This document shows, piece by piece, positions 35,101 to 47,809 of a DNA stretch of 64,000 nt. The position numbers and the translations under genes were made by a program. The stretch is taken from assembly GCF_001194135.2 (NCBI RefSeq), contig NC_068985.1, positions 23,217,994 through 23,281,993 of the forward strand, read 5' to 3'. The stretch is from Octopus bimaculoides. Its lineage: Eukaryota. The notes under the pieces are model-generated. The model was given only the letters and a program-made list of their open reading frames with translations. It did not search any database and was not told the DNA's origin. Every line of letters begins with the position of its first letter. The stretch's first letter is position 1.

Positions 35101-36238
35101 CTGCTCTCTCTGCCTACAACTGAACTGTATCTAACCATTGTATTTATTTATTATTAGATGGGTTGAGCCAGTGAAAGTTACTGACTCAGTTTATATTTCA
35201 TCACCAAAACTGCTATCAACCTCTTACCAGTCATTTAATTTCATACGAACTCTGCCTACTGGGATTTCACATAATGTTATTTTTCTAACAATTCTAATAA
35301 GTTGTTGACACCACCCAATATATATATATATGCTTTGGTTGATATGAATAATTTCTCTCTATTTTGTTAAATCCTAATTCTTTTGGTTGTGGCGGTATCT
35401 CTCTTGTAATTTCAGCTCGTGTAATTTACACTCAATTTTCTCTTTCGGCTTATTAATTCTGCTTAAGTAAAATTGACAAGAAGAAACTGGCTCAATGCTC
35501 AGAAAAAATAAAACTTTACCAAGATCTGAAACTAGATAAAACAATTTGAATGAAACTTTGATATAACCTTTTAATGAGAGAAATTATTTTCATCATCGCC
35601 GTTGTTGTTGTCATTATCAATGTTTTAAGTCCTTCTCCATACTAGCATGAGTTGGGTGCATTTCACATCATCTTGCCACATGCTGTAGCCTTTCATCATA
35701 CGTCACATGCATGAGAAAAACTGGCCAACTCTGATGAAAACCATAAAAACCCATGTAATTTATACACTTTTTTTTGCAAAAATAAAAATAAACTTTAGTG
35801 GGTTCATAAATTACATGAGCAGATCATTTCCAGAATTTTTTTTGTCAAAAAAAGACATACAAAATATAAACATTCATACTGGAAGTTGACTCATTTAATG
35901 TCAGATTAGGTTTTTACTGAAAAAAAATAATGGCTTAAATATAATGAAGTTGACTTATTTATTATGCTGAGTAGTATAATGCCTCCTTTTTCTGTATACA
36001 TTTACTAAAACCGTTAAACGGTTAACTACTTTTTGAAGTCTGATGTTCATGCTGGTTAACATGGTCCAGGCCATATTTTACATTGCTTGGAGTTTCTACC
36101 TATTGCAATGGAGCACCATTGACATACATAGTGATATGGATATTCCTGACTGAAAAAAATGTAATGATATGGATAATTTTGATTGTATGTTTTTATTTTT
36201 GTCTGTTTATTACTAGCCACAGTTTTAAGTTTGTCGTA

Positions 36239-36372
36239 CTATTTACGCCAATTTCGAACATTGGCTTCATTAACATTAAAATGCCTTCCGGCAGCTCTAT
36301 TGTCACATCCAAATGCATATTCAACATATTTAATTTCTCCTTTGCAGTAAACGATTCATAAGTTCTTCCCAT
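36239..36372 (-). mobile_element. pogo-family transposase N-terminal (Brinker-type HTH) remnant
   Basis: MGRTYESFTAKEKLN, frameshift, then VEYAFGCDNRAAGRHFNVNEANVRNWRK*; resembles the SYT.xFKL.V.xYA...NRAAxRxFxVxExxVRxWRK domain of POGK-like transposases. Confidence 0.6.
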
Positions 36373-36651
36373 AATGACAATAATGGTAATGACAAACTTT
36401 TATTTTATAAGTGTGAAAGAGATTAAAATTTTGATATTCCGTATCAAAGGTTCCGACAAGAATAAGCGGAAAGGAATTCTGTTTACATAATCAGTTTGAT
36501 CAGTCACCTTCCTCTGTCAGTTGAGTAAAGTATCATCCAAGCTGATGTTTATTGGTAATTAAACTTAATTTGCAATACCTGTGCATATTTATTAGTTTTG
36601 TTTTTGTCAGTAATTCTTAACAACTTTTCCTGTGATTGTGATTCGAGAAGA

Positions 36652-37518
36652 CATCATCGTCGTTTAACGTCTGCTTTCCATGCTAGCATGGGTTGGATGA
36701 TTTGACTGAGGACTGGTGAAACCAGATGGCTACACCAGGCTCCAATCTGATTTGGCAGAGTTTCTACAGCTGGATGCCCTTCCTAACGCCAACCACTCAG
36801 AGAGTGTAGTGGGTGCTTTTACGTGCCACCGGCACGAAGGCCAGTCAGGCGGTACTGGCAACGGCTATGCTCAAAATGGTGTATTTTATGTGCCACCCGC
36901 ACAAGAGCCAGTCTAGGGGTACTGGCAATGATCTCGCTCGAAAGTCCTTACANNNNNNNNNNNNNNNNNNNNNNNNNNNNNNNNNNNNNNNNNNNNNNNN
37001 NNNNNNNNNNNNNNNNNNNNNNNNNNNNNNNNNNNNNNNNNNNNNNNNNNNNNNNNNNNNNNNNNNNNNNNNNNNNNNNNNNNNNNNNNNNNNNNNNNNN
37101 NNNNNNNNNNNNNNNNNNNNNNNNNNNNNNNNNNNNNNNNNNNNNNNNNNNNNNNNNNNNNNNNNNNNNNNNNNNNNNNNNNNNNNNNNNNNNNNNNNNN
37201 NNNNNNNNNNNNNNNNNNNNNNNNNNNNNNNNNNNNNNNNNNNNNNNNNNNNNNNNNNNNNNNNNNNNNNNNNNNNNNNNNNNNNNNNNNNNNNNNNNNN
37301 NNNNNNNNNNNNNNNNNCATATTTCCAAAGGTCTCGGTCAGAAGTCATCGCCTCGGTGAGGCCCAATGTTCGAAGGTCGTGCCTCACCACCTCATCCCAG
37401 GTCTTCCTGGGCCTACCTCTTCCACAGGTTCCCTCAACTGCTAGGTTGTGGCACTTTTCACACAGCTATCCTCATCCATTCTTGCTACATGACCATACCA
37501 GCGCAATCGTATCTCTTG
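36652..37518 (-). mobile_element. RTE LINE 3' fragment with an internal gap
   Basis: RGRPRKTWDEVVRHDLRTLGLTEAMTSDRDLWKY plus the family tail. Confidence 0.88.
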
Positions 37519-37569
37519 CACACCACAACTGATATATATATATATATATATATATTTATAACATTTATA

Positions 37570-37752
37570 TTTATATTTATATATACGATGCACTTATTTC
37601 AGTTTCCATCTGTCAATCTACTCACAAGGTGTTGGTTGGCCCAAGGCTATAGTAAGAGACATGCTTAACCATGGGACTGTGCAACAACACTGAACCCATG
37701 ACCACATACTTGGAAAGCAAGCTTCTTCAACACAGCCACACAAATGATGATG

Positions 37753-37816
<64 letters not shown>

Positions 37817-37921
37817 TTATATACATATATATATGTATGCATATATATATACATGTATATATGTATGTATATGTATATACACGTGTGTATGTGTAAAATA
37901 TATGTATAAACTATACGAATG

Positions 37922-37954
<33 letters not shown>

Positions 37955-37990
37955 AAAATGTATATATAAACTATATGTGTGTATATAAAA
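37570..37990. repeat. Family B SINE head (-) followed by compound (TA)/(TG) microsatellite
   Basis: Seen directly. Confidence 0.75.
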
Positions 37991-38314
37991 ACATGTATGC
38001 ATATTAGATATAGTTTCTACTATATTTGATTTAACTGATACCAATATTCCTTTAATGGACCAGGGGATGGGGAAATGGTTGAAAGAGGGGAATATCAGAC
38101 TGAATATTTGTTCCTAATTCGGTACCTAGCTATTCACTGAGTTTGAATCCACTTAAGTTCAATGTTGCCTTTATCCTTTCTTCCAAAGTCGATAAAATAA
38201 ACACAAGATTCAATCAATTGCACTTCACATATACATAAATTGGCTCAATGCATAATCTAAAGAAATCAATAGTTTTTCAAGTGCTATAGGAATGCCATAA
38301 CTGCCAACAACTTG

Positions 38315-38640
38315 ATAATGGTTTCAAATTTTGGCACAAGGCCAGCAATTTAGGGGGGGAGGGGTAAGTCAACTACATCGACCCCCCCTATCCAACTGGT
38401 ACTTATTTTATTGACCCTGAAAGGATGAAAGGCAATGTCAACCACGACGGAATTTGAACTTAGAGCATAATGACAGATGAAATTCTGCTAAGCATTTTTC
38501 CCAGCATACTAACGAATCTGCCAACTTGTTACTTTTGCCAACAACCTAATAATCATTATAGGCACAAGGCTTGAAATTTGGAGTGGGAGATAGTCGATTA
38601 CATCAACCCCAGTACTCAACTGGTACTTAAATTATCAACC
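38315..38640 (-). mobile_element. Family A SINE plus a partial second copy
   Basis: GGAATTTGAACTT and GAAAGGATGAAAGGCAA, the reverse of the family A core. Confidence 0.75.
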
Positions 38641-38714
38641 CGCAATAACCTAATAATAACAAATAACGAGGCAAGGAATGTGTTGAATGGGAAGGACCCA
38701 TCCACCACAGCAGA

Positions 38715-38990
38715 ATTGATGCTGGTGCTGGTGCCATGTGAAAAACACTGATGTTGGTGCCACATTAAAAACACTCATGCTGGTGCCACATTAAAAGCAC
38801 TCATACTAGTGCCACATAAAAAGCATCCAGTACATAGTTGTTGGCATTAGGAAGGGCATCCAGCTGTAGAAATCATGCTAGAACAGACCATTGGAGCTTG
38901 ATGCAACCCCCAGCCTTTTCAGCTTCTGTGAAACCATCTGACCTGTGCCCACATAGAAAAGATACATTAAATGATAATGATGATGATGAG
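38715..38990 (+). mobile_element. RTE 3' UTR/tail with a 26-bp tandem array
   Basis: Four units of about ATGCTGGTGCCACATTAAAAGCACTC at 38725-38828, then GGAAGGGCATCCAGCTGTAGAAA. Confidence 0.75.
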
Positions 38991-39827
38991 GATAATGAAC
39001 TGACCCCAATATATTACTGGTTCTTATCCAGTGTAGAGGGATTAAAGGCAGTGTCAGCCATGTCAGTATTTAATTCAGGCTATAAAAGGAAATGATTGAA
39101 TTCTGCAAGGATTTATTCCAGTTCTGCTACTCCACCAATATTTATATACTTTTTTGCCTTTTATATACTTTTATATACTTTTATACTTTATACTTTATAT
39201 ACTTTTATACTTTATACTTTATGTACTTTTATATACCTTTCATATAATTATATACTTTTTATTTCTAGAGAAAAGGAAAAAGTATAAAACTGTTATAAGT
39301 CAAAAAAGATTTGACACTTAGATGAACATCTGTTCTTTATTCGATATATTTACTTCCCTCACCAGCTCCAACCACCTCTCATTCTCCTCATACGCTCTTA
39401 CAACCTCTACCCACCTACACTCACAGCTCTTCTGTCCCCACTCAAAATACAGGTACCTTGAGGGTTCACCCTTACACTTCATCACCACTATTTTATCTCT
39501 CCAGCTCTTCCTGGGTTACTCTAATCCTCTCTTCAATAATGTGATTATCCCACGTAACTCTCACAAGAAATTTGTTCTGTTCTGGTTCCTGTCATATTTT
39601 AACTCCTCATCTCCTAGCATAAAACCACAACCCTCTCTGCTGTAACCCTACTTCATCAAAGCACCAGCCCTTTGGTCATTAGGGAGCTGTAATCCTGCCA
39701 AAGTCAACTTTGCCTGTCATCCCTCTAGAGTTAGTAAGATAAAAATAAAATACCAATCAAGGACTGGTGTTGATGAATCATTATCATCATCCTCATCATC
39801 ATCAGTAGTAGCAGCAGCAGCAGCAGG

Positions 39828-40045
39828 TTGGTGAGCTGGCAGAACCATTAGCATGTCAGGCAAAATGCCTCGCAGCATTTCATCTGTCTTCATGCTCTGA
39901 GTTCAAATTCCGTTGAGGTCAATTTTGCCTTTTTTCATGCTCTTGGGATTGATAAAGTAAGTACTAGTTGATCACTGAAGTCAATGTAATCAACTTACCC
40001 CCACCCCACCCCACCCCGGAATTACAGGCCTTGTGCCAAAATTTT
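39828..40045 (+). mobile_element. Family A SINE
   Basis: GGTGAGCTGGCAGAA...GAGTTCAAATTCCG...GGCCTTGTGCC. Confidence 0.78.
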
Positions 40046-40566
40046 AAATCATTATTATTATTATTATCAATAATATTAATATGCATAGTTTCTTGTTTTT
40101 GTACGTACCTGTGGCATGTGTTACACCTACTTCAAAGGAAGAGGTAAAAAGGTTGAAGGGAGAGGTACGAAGAAAAAGAGAAATAAAAGGTGTTAAGCAG
40201 AGGAGGTATACATGAAGTGAGTGACAAAGCGAGAGAGTGGGGAGGGACAGAAGCAGAGGAAGTATAGTTGAAGTGAGAGGCAAAGAGAAGGAAGTAAGAG
40301 GGAAGGAGGGAGAGATTTATAGTGCTGAGAGGTAAGAGAAATATAACATGTTAAACACAGGAGGACAGAGGCAAGGAGACAGAGAAGAGGGAGGGGGAAA
40401 AGAGAGATTTAGAGAGAAGGAAGGGAGTGGATTTAGAGTGAAGGAAGGGAGTGGATAGAGAATAATAGTGAAAGAGAATGGAACCATTCTCATACAGAAA
40501 ATCCTGGAGAACTTTTCATTTTCAACTGCATATGATAGAGCCGATATATAATTGCAAAAAGAAATG

Positions 40567-40601
<35 letters not shown>

Positions 40602-41125
40602 CAAATTGCTGTGGGTGTTACTGTTACTTTCCTACAGTTGAGGGGAGAAGTTAAATGTTTATCAGTATCTTCGGAGTAGGCTGATGCATACATTGAAAGG
40701 AAAGTAGATACATAGGTCGAATAAAAAGTAGATACATACACACATTGTTAAATTAAAAGCGGAAGAGAAGAGGGACACAGGGGAGGTGAGTGAAACGGTT
40801 GATACATAGTTTGAAAGACAAGTTGATAAATAGACACATTGTTTAAATCATGGGTAAATAACTACACAAATATTGGATGTCACTTTCACTTTTCATTACC
40901 ACACGAGGATAAAATTAACTCGCAAGCAGCTGAGTACTCCACATACATGCATACCATTAATGTAATTCTCAGGGAGATTCAGCCTCACACAGAATATGAC
41001 AAGGCTGGCCCCTTTCATGCAGAAAGAAACCCTCTGAAACCTCTGACAGCAGACTGTTGTCCACTCTCACAGAATCTACCAGAACAAACAAGACTGAACA
41101 TTCTGAGAAATAAAACAACAACAAC

Positions 41126-41162
<37 letters not shown>

Positions 41163-41510
41163 GTGGCATTTCAAGGCGACTACCGTACCAGTGATTGTAG
41201 GATCTCTAGGAATGATAAAAAGGGTATTGAAACCTATTTGAAAATGATACCAGGCTTACCATCCCTACAGGAAGTGAAAAAAATTGTGTTAGCTGGAACA
41301 ACTCATGTACTGAGAAGAGCATTATCGCTGTGAAAACAACATCCATTCATGAATTTATTTATTAATTTTTTTAAATATATATTTTACCTGTGAATTTGTG
41401 TGTGTAATCTGGGAATGCGTACAATGAGCTTCTCTGCCCCAGGTGCACAGAAAACACTCTGCGAGAAATGGAAGAAAATTTGAAGAAAGAAGAAGAAAAA
41501 ATAACAACAA
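41163..41510 (+). mobile_element. Dong/R4-clade (RLE) LINE 3' end
   Basis: WHFKATTVPVIVGSLG...LQEVKKIVLAGTTHVLRRALSL*; preceded by (TAA)n. Confidence 0.72.
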
Positions 41511-41511
41511 C

Positions 41512-41812
41512 AACAAGAGCACACACAGAGTGCAAACCTCCACCAAGACAACACCAACTTTCTCTCAATAATTAGCCAGAGATGATTTTTAAAATGAGAA
41601 TATCTGAAATAAACTCCACTGCTCTCACAAATGAGAATACTAAAAATGGTCACAAGACCAAAAAATGGTCACGGGACCAAACATCCCTGAAAGTTTCATC
41701 CAAATCCATCCAACGGTTCTTGAGATATTTTGTTCACAGACAAACAAACAAACAAACAAACAAACACGACTGAAAACAATACCTCTGCCTTCGCCAAGGC
41801 AGAGTTAATAAT
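41512..41812 (+). mobile_element. Non-autonomous Helentron/HINE-like element
   Basis: 5' ACAAGAGCAC..GAGTGCAAACCTCC, internal AAAGTTTCATCCAAATCCATC..GGTTCTTGAGATA, (ACAA)n, and a 3' hairpin CTCTGCCTT-CGCC-AAGGCAGAG at 41783-41804. Confidence 0.6.
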
Positions 41813-42136
41813 GATAATAATAAAAGAAGTGCAATAGAATTAGTACATATGTTTATTATCAGCATAATGGCCCTCCCAGGATACAACAAAAAGATGAGAT
41901 TAACAGAGTAACAATCCAAAAAAATCATACACTTTGTCAGTACTCACAAAGGATTAAATTCTAGACCCCTAATATATAACAAAATACTGTAAAATAGATA
42001 ATCAAGTTTTATATTGTTTTAGTCACTACTACTAGCCTTAAAAATAAAAAGGTTTTTATAAAGAAACAAACAAAAGTCCCCAGATTAGTATGGGAGGAAA
42101 ATCTGAAAAGTTATGTCCTTTCAGTTCATTTGCAGT

Positions 42137-42344
42137 AAAACCCATTAGCATTCAGACCAGTGAAATCCAACCAAAATATTTAACTTGTTTCATGTTCAAA
42201 CTGATTAGATCTGGCCTCTCACCTCAACCCTACAATGTCATTCTAAAATTAAGCAGCTGCAACATTGAAACCTATAAACTAGAAGGCAGTGCATGATAAA
42301 TTCAAAACAATATAAATAGAGTAATCTGAATGCTAAAGGGTTAA
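42137..42344. mobile_element. piggyBac-like MITE, about 200 bp
   Basis: TIRs CCCATTAGCATTCAGA / TCTGAATGCTAAAGGG; right flank TTAA. Confidence 0.65.
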
Positions 42345-43810
42345 ATGAAGTGGGATGGCTGGAAATAAGAACCAAAACTGAGATATAGGCTCAGTTCAAA
42401 AATATCTTTTCTTAACCTATTGATATTTGCCCTGTGTTATAATATTCATTTCTGACATTGACAGAAGATCACATATTTGTAAGGGAGAAGATAAAAAGGG
42501 AAGTGAATCAACCACAATCAGCATAATTCATTAAATGACATTATCAATGCAGATTTCTATGAATATCATGAAAATTCCTGTGTAATAAAACTGTGCTGCT
42601 ACCCATGCCTTTGACATTATAATGATGAAGATATTAATTTTTGTCTGGCAGTTATTGAAGGAAGCAGTGCACTCGATATTTCATTGATAACAGCATGCTT
42701 ATTTGTGCTTATTCTATGAACCCTTATGAGATAAAAGGTAAAACTAATATGAATATAAACATTGAGCATTGAAAGATAAAACTAAATTCTGTTAGGCATG
42801 TAGTCCATTTACCTACTGATAAACATTATAAACATTTACACTATCAAAGAAACCTTGTCATAATATTTTTAACTAAATTTTTTTTCATTTTCTAAGCTGG
42901 CATAAATTGGATAAATCATTTGGCAAAAAACCAAATCTGAAATCAGCATAAAACTTGTGGCATAAACTGGGTCACAACCAATTATGTAAAGGGTGTGTTA
43001 CAATTTTATGCATTAAGACATGTATTTGGAGCCAATTCAATTTCATTTTCCTTTTTCACTGGAATGGCAGAATAGAGGTGCTTTCTTACTGTGCCATGTT
43101 TTGTCATCTGGTTTTAATTCCCAATTGTATTTTATATTCCTAAAGCTTTTGAAAAGGCATGAATGCCATTCAATATCATTTCTTCTCCACCCTAAATCAA
43201 AGGGTAATTGTCCATTCATCAAATTAGTATTATGTTTTTAAAATTAATATTATTGTTATTTTTTTGTTGTTGTTAATGTTGTTGTTGTTGTTGCTACTGC
43301 TGCTGTTGCTGTTAATGAAAGGATGGCAGTCTTAGGAAAATACTGGATAAAATGCTTTTCAGTATTCAGTTACATATTTTGACATTCTGAGCTGAAATCC
43401 TGCCAGAGTTGATATTGCCTTTCATTTTTCCAGGTCAATGGGGTTGAATGAATCGATTATATTCCCCACCTCCACTTAAACAGTATGACTCAGTGTCTAA
43501 TTTAGAAATTATTACTATTATTATCATCATCCTCATCTTGTGTTGAGAGGATTGCATCACTACCATCCTCATTTTTTTAGATTGATGTTTAACCACGTAT
43601 ACTTCATTTCTTTATTTTTTTATCATCCCATTCTATGTAAATCCTCACCATTTATATCCGTCTTTGTATTGTCCTCCTCATCCATTGCCCTGATGGCAAA
43701 TAAAGAAATCATTATCATTCTTCTTCTTCTTCTTCTTCTTCTTCTTCTTCTTCTTCTTCTTCCTTTTATTCTTCTTCTTCTTCTTCTTCCTTTTATTCTT
43801 CTTCTTCTTC

Positions 43811-43845
<35 letters not shown>

Positions 43846-44392
43846 TAGTTTTATTTTTATAATGTGCTTTCACTTCACNNNNNNNNNNNNNNNNNNNNNN
43901 NNNNNNNNNNNNNNNNNNNNNNNNNNNNNNNNNNNNNNNNNNNNNNNNNNNNNNNNNNNNNNNNNNNNNNNNNNNNNNNNNNNNNNNNNNNNNNNNNNNN
44001 NNNNNNNNNNNNNNNNNNNNNNNNNNNNNNNNNNNNNNNNNNNNNNNNNNNNNNNNNNNNNNNNNNNNNNNNNNNNNNNNNNNATAGGAATTGTTTCTGT
44101 TTTTAGATTCCACATTCGAGTTACCTCTATTTCCAGGTCTTTGTATTTTGAAAGTTTCTCCATTTCTTTTAGGGAAACATTGGTATTGATACATCAATTA
44201 GAAAGCATTCTTTTTCTTCATGATTTCTGACAACTATACCTGGCCTATTGGCCTTAATTTCTCTATCTGTGTGTATTGGCATATCCCAGAATATGGTTGC
44301 TTTCTCGTTTTCTGTGACCTTTTCTGGCGTGTGCTTATACCATCTTTTTTCTGTTGTTATTCCATAGTGTTGGCATAGCTTCCAGTGTATAT
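43846..44392 (-). mobile_element. Dong/R4-clade (RLE) LINE 3' fragment with a gap
   Basis: IHWKLCQHYG...NRPGIVV...FLIDVSIP...EKLSKYKDLEIEVTRMW (restriction-like endonuclease domain); (TAA)n on both flanks. Confidence 0.85.
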
Positions 44393-44427
44393 ATTATTAT
44401 TATTGTTATTATTATTATTATTTAGAA

Positions 44428-44575
44428 GGCGGTGAGCTGGCAGAATCATTAGCATGTTGGGCGAAATGCTTAGCAGCATTTCATCTGCCTTTACATTTTG
44501 AGTTCAAATTCCACCGAGGTTGACTTTGCCTTTCATCCTTTCGTGGTTGATAAATTAAGTACCAGTATTACTGCC
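44428..44575 (+). mobile_element. Family A SINE, 3'-truncated
   Basis: GGCGGTGAGCTGGCAGAATC...GAGTTCAAATTCC...AAGTACCAG. Confidence 0.8.
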
Positions 44576-45321
44576 CCAGTGTCTTGTAAAACTGGAGATA
44601 AGGTGAAGGTTAGATAGGAATGACAAATTGTCAGAGACAGCAAAAAAAGAAAGGAGGTGCAGGAAAAGAGAAGCAAGCCTAGACCAAAAAGACAAACAAG
44701 ATGCACTAGGAGAGACCCATCTTCCCCTTGGATAACATGAAACTCACAGTTCTTAGAATCAGTAATATCATCTGAAATACCTGAAAGAGTATGCAGAGAA
44801 TAATGTGTTTATTGAGGCAAGAGTCAGGACCAGGTTTTGTGGTGTGCTGAAGAGAACCAAATGAGCAATCTATGAAGAACATTGTCATCATCATCATCAT
44901 CATCATTTAATGTCCACTTTCCATGCTGGCACAGATCGGACAGTTTTACAGAAGCTGGCCAGCTAAGGTGCTGCTAAGGTTCCAGTTGTCTATTTTGGCA
45001 TTGTTTCTACAGCTGGATGCCCCAAGATTTTCATGTGAAAGTTTCAGAGGATGTAGCCAACTCTAAACCTAGTCTAGCACTAAGAATATTCATGGGCATT
45101 TCAGAAGTTTTAGTTTCCAATACTAGATGTAAAAGGTTGTTGGTGGGATTGTGTGGTGCCTGAACAAACCTAGGTGGGGATTTCTCATCCATATGTGGTT
45201 GGGTTGTCTTGTTGGTTATTACATTTCTATTTATATACTTATGTGTATACTTATTGTTTATTTTGGGTAATTTATGTTAGCTGATTAATTCTAATGTCTT
45301 AATATATTGCATAATGTAAGG

Positions 45322-46012
45322 TGACAAGCTGGCAGAAATGTTAGCATGCCGGGTAAAATGCTTAGCGATATTTTGTCTGTCTTTACGTTCTGCATTCAAA
45401 TTCTGCTGAGGTCAGCTTTGCTTTTCATTGTAGTGGCACAAGCAGTCAGCACCATATTGGATGAGATCTCGCGGCAGTCATTGCCATCTTTGAGACTGGA
45501 GTGAGACCTCACCTGCATCCATTGCCATGCGTGAGATCACAATGAGGCTCGTGATGGCAAACTGGATATAAGGGCCCAGCAAACAGAATTCTATCTCTTT
45601 TTCACCGCAAGCGCTTGCTGAACATACTTCGCTGGCTGGGTCTCCAGGCTAGTCTGCATGTCGTATCTCCAGAGGCAATGGCCCTCGTAACAAAGATACA
45701 ACCAACGCACACAGCTTGAGATGGCATACGGAGAGCAACACACTTCACCTTCGGTGTAACTTGTAAATAAAATTAGTTGAGAATTTGCATTTTACTTAAG
45801 ACTTCTTTCCTCGCCTGCTGGAGCCTGAAACAACACAAAGAACAAAAATTAATGGGAGAAAGTGATATTCAGCCAATATCATGAACCTTGCCTCCCATTA
45901 TACATCCTTTCAGTGTCAATAAATTAAGTACCAGTTGCATACTGGGGGCAATCTAATTGACTGGTCCCCTCCCCCAAAATTTCAGGCCTTGTGCCTAGAG
46001 TAGAAAAGAATA
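45322..46012 (+). mobile_element. Family A SINE split in two by a 476-bp insertion
   Basis: Left half ends GCTTTTCAT (45428); right half resumes TCCTTTCAG (45905). Confidence 0.85.
45429..45904 (+). mobile_element. Probable solo LTR
   Basis: TGTA...TACA termini, GATATAAG at about 45565-45572, AATAAA at 45766-71, GC-richer than flanks, clean insertion into a SINE; TSD ambiguous. Confidence 0.65.
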
Positions 46013-46479
46013 TATTCCATAATGTTTTCGTAAACCTCATAATTTCTTTATATATATAACTGCATATATACCCACATGTTTTCAACTATCTCTTTGAAAT
46101 ACATTTTGCATGAAAGGATCTTGACAGTATATTAAATAAAAGGTCATCATCATCATATTCTTCTTCTTCTTCTTCTTCTTCTTCTCCCCCCCCCCCATCC
46201 TCCTCCTCCTCCTTCTTCTTCTTTTTCTTCTGCTTTGTTAGAAATTAGAATCTTGATGAAATCAATAAAAAAGATTTACAAAAATATATTTCATCATTAA
46301 AGGAATTACACCATAGAGCAAAAAAATGCTGCATTTTTATTCCATGACCCACAGACAGAGGCAAGAATGGTATGTAACTTATGCCAATAAAATAACAAAC
46401 ATGAAATCTTAGAATACTCCCAGTGAGAAAGTACAGCCTATTCCCTTAAGTTATTTAAATAATATGTTTATAAAGTTAC

Positions 46480-46673
46480 ACACACACATATATATATAGG
46501 TACATACATGCATGTGTACATACATACATACATACACATGCATACATACATACATACATATGTACACACATATACACATACACATACATACATACACATG
46601 CACATACATACATACACACACATTCACATACATAATACATACATACATAATACATACATACATACATACATAC
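46480..46673. repeat. (TACA/CA)n microsatellite
   Basis: Seen directly. Confidence 0.9.
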
Positions 46674-46974
46674 AGTAAACCCTTGGTTTAAGAGACCTCG
46701 ATTTAATAGATTTCAGATTTCATGGACCAAATGATTGTAATACAATGCTTTAATAAAGTTTGAAAAGTTAAAAATTATATGAAAGAGTAAACAAAAGATA
46801 TAAACTTTCTATAGAGAGAGAGAGGGGATTGAGAGGGGGAGAGAGAGAGAGGGGATTGAAAGGGGGAGAGAGAGAGAGAAGTAAGCATTTTTTTATTTGT
46901 TTATTTTCCTTAGAGCAATATGAAAGGGACTAACAGAAAAGTATAAAACAGTGACAAGTAAAAGCAGCAAGTCA

Positions 46975-47290
46975 CCATCATCATTTAACGTCTGTTTTCC
47001 ATGCTGGCATGGGTTAGATGGTTTGACTGGAACTGGTAAGCCGGAGAGCTGCACCAGGTCCCAGATTCTTTTGGCTTGGTTTCTATGACTGGATGCCCTT
47101 CCTAACACCAACCACTCCACAGAGCATACTGGATGTTTTTTTGCATGTCACCAGCACAAGATACTTTAATGTGTCACTGGCAAGGGGTTACTTAATACAA
47201 GTCAGCGGCATGGGGTGCCTTCTACATGTCACCAGCACGGGGTGCCTCTTATGCATCACTGGTATGGGGTGCTTTTATGTGACACCAGCA
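46975..47290 (-). mobile_element. RTE tail with a 27-bp tandem array
   Basis: CATCATCATTTAACGTCTG tail; repeated GGGGTGC(C/T)T..(T/C)A(C/T)..GTCACCAGCAC-like units. Confidence 0.7.
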
Positions 47291-47351
47291 AGTAGTGAAT
47301 TGAATGAGAGAACGGTTGGGTATTGCGAGAAAGAGAGAGCGAGAGAGAGAA

Positions 47352-47398
<47 letters not shown>

Positions 47399-47624
47399 GA
47401 GAGAGATGGACTCTGTGTTACCTTCAGTTTACTGGATCATTCAACAGTAACACTATAATTTTGTTTCTTAATGAAGTATACTATGTATACTTCAGCTGTT
47501 TTCCTTATATTGTATCCCATGTATACTTGTATGTATTTATTTTTTTCCCTCTTATCCTGCCTCACTAAATAAATTCCACTATTAGTCTATTAAATTCAGA
47601 GTTAACTATATATGTGTGTATGTA

Positions 47625-47707
47625 TGTTGTGGTGGTGGTGGTGACAGCATCGGCAGTGGTGGTGTTGGTGGTGGTGGTGGTGGTGGTGGTGGTAGTAGTA
47701 GTAGAAA

Positions 47708-47740
<33 letters not shown>

Positions 47741-47773
47741 CAGCAGCAGCAGCGGCGGCGGCAGCAGTAGCAC

Positions 47774-47809
<36 letters not shown>

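Noticed and set aside
40839-41333. 164-aa ORF
   Set aside because: Chimera of unique DNA, an antisense SINE piece, (TAA)n and a Dong C-terminus
46674-46745. TA-CAGTAAACCC start resembling a Tigger/pogo TIR
   Set aside because: No matching second TIR found; too little evidence to call
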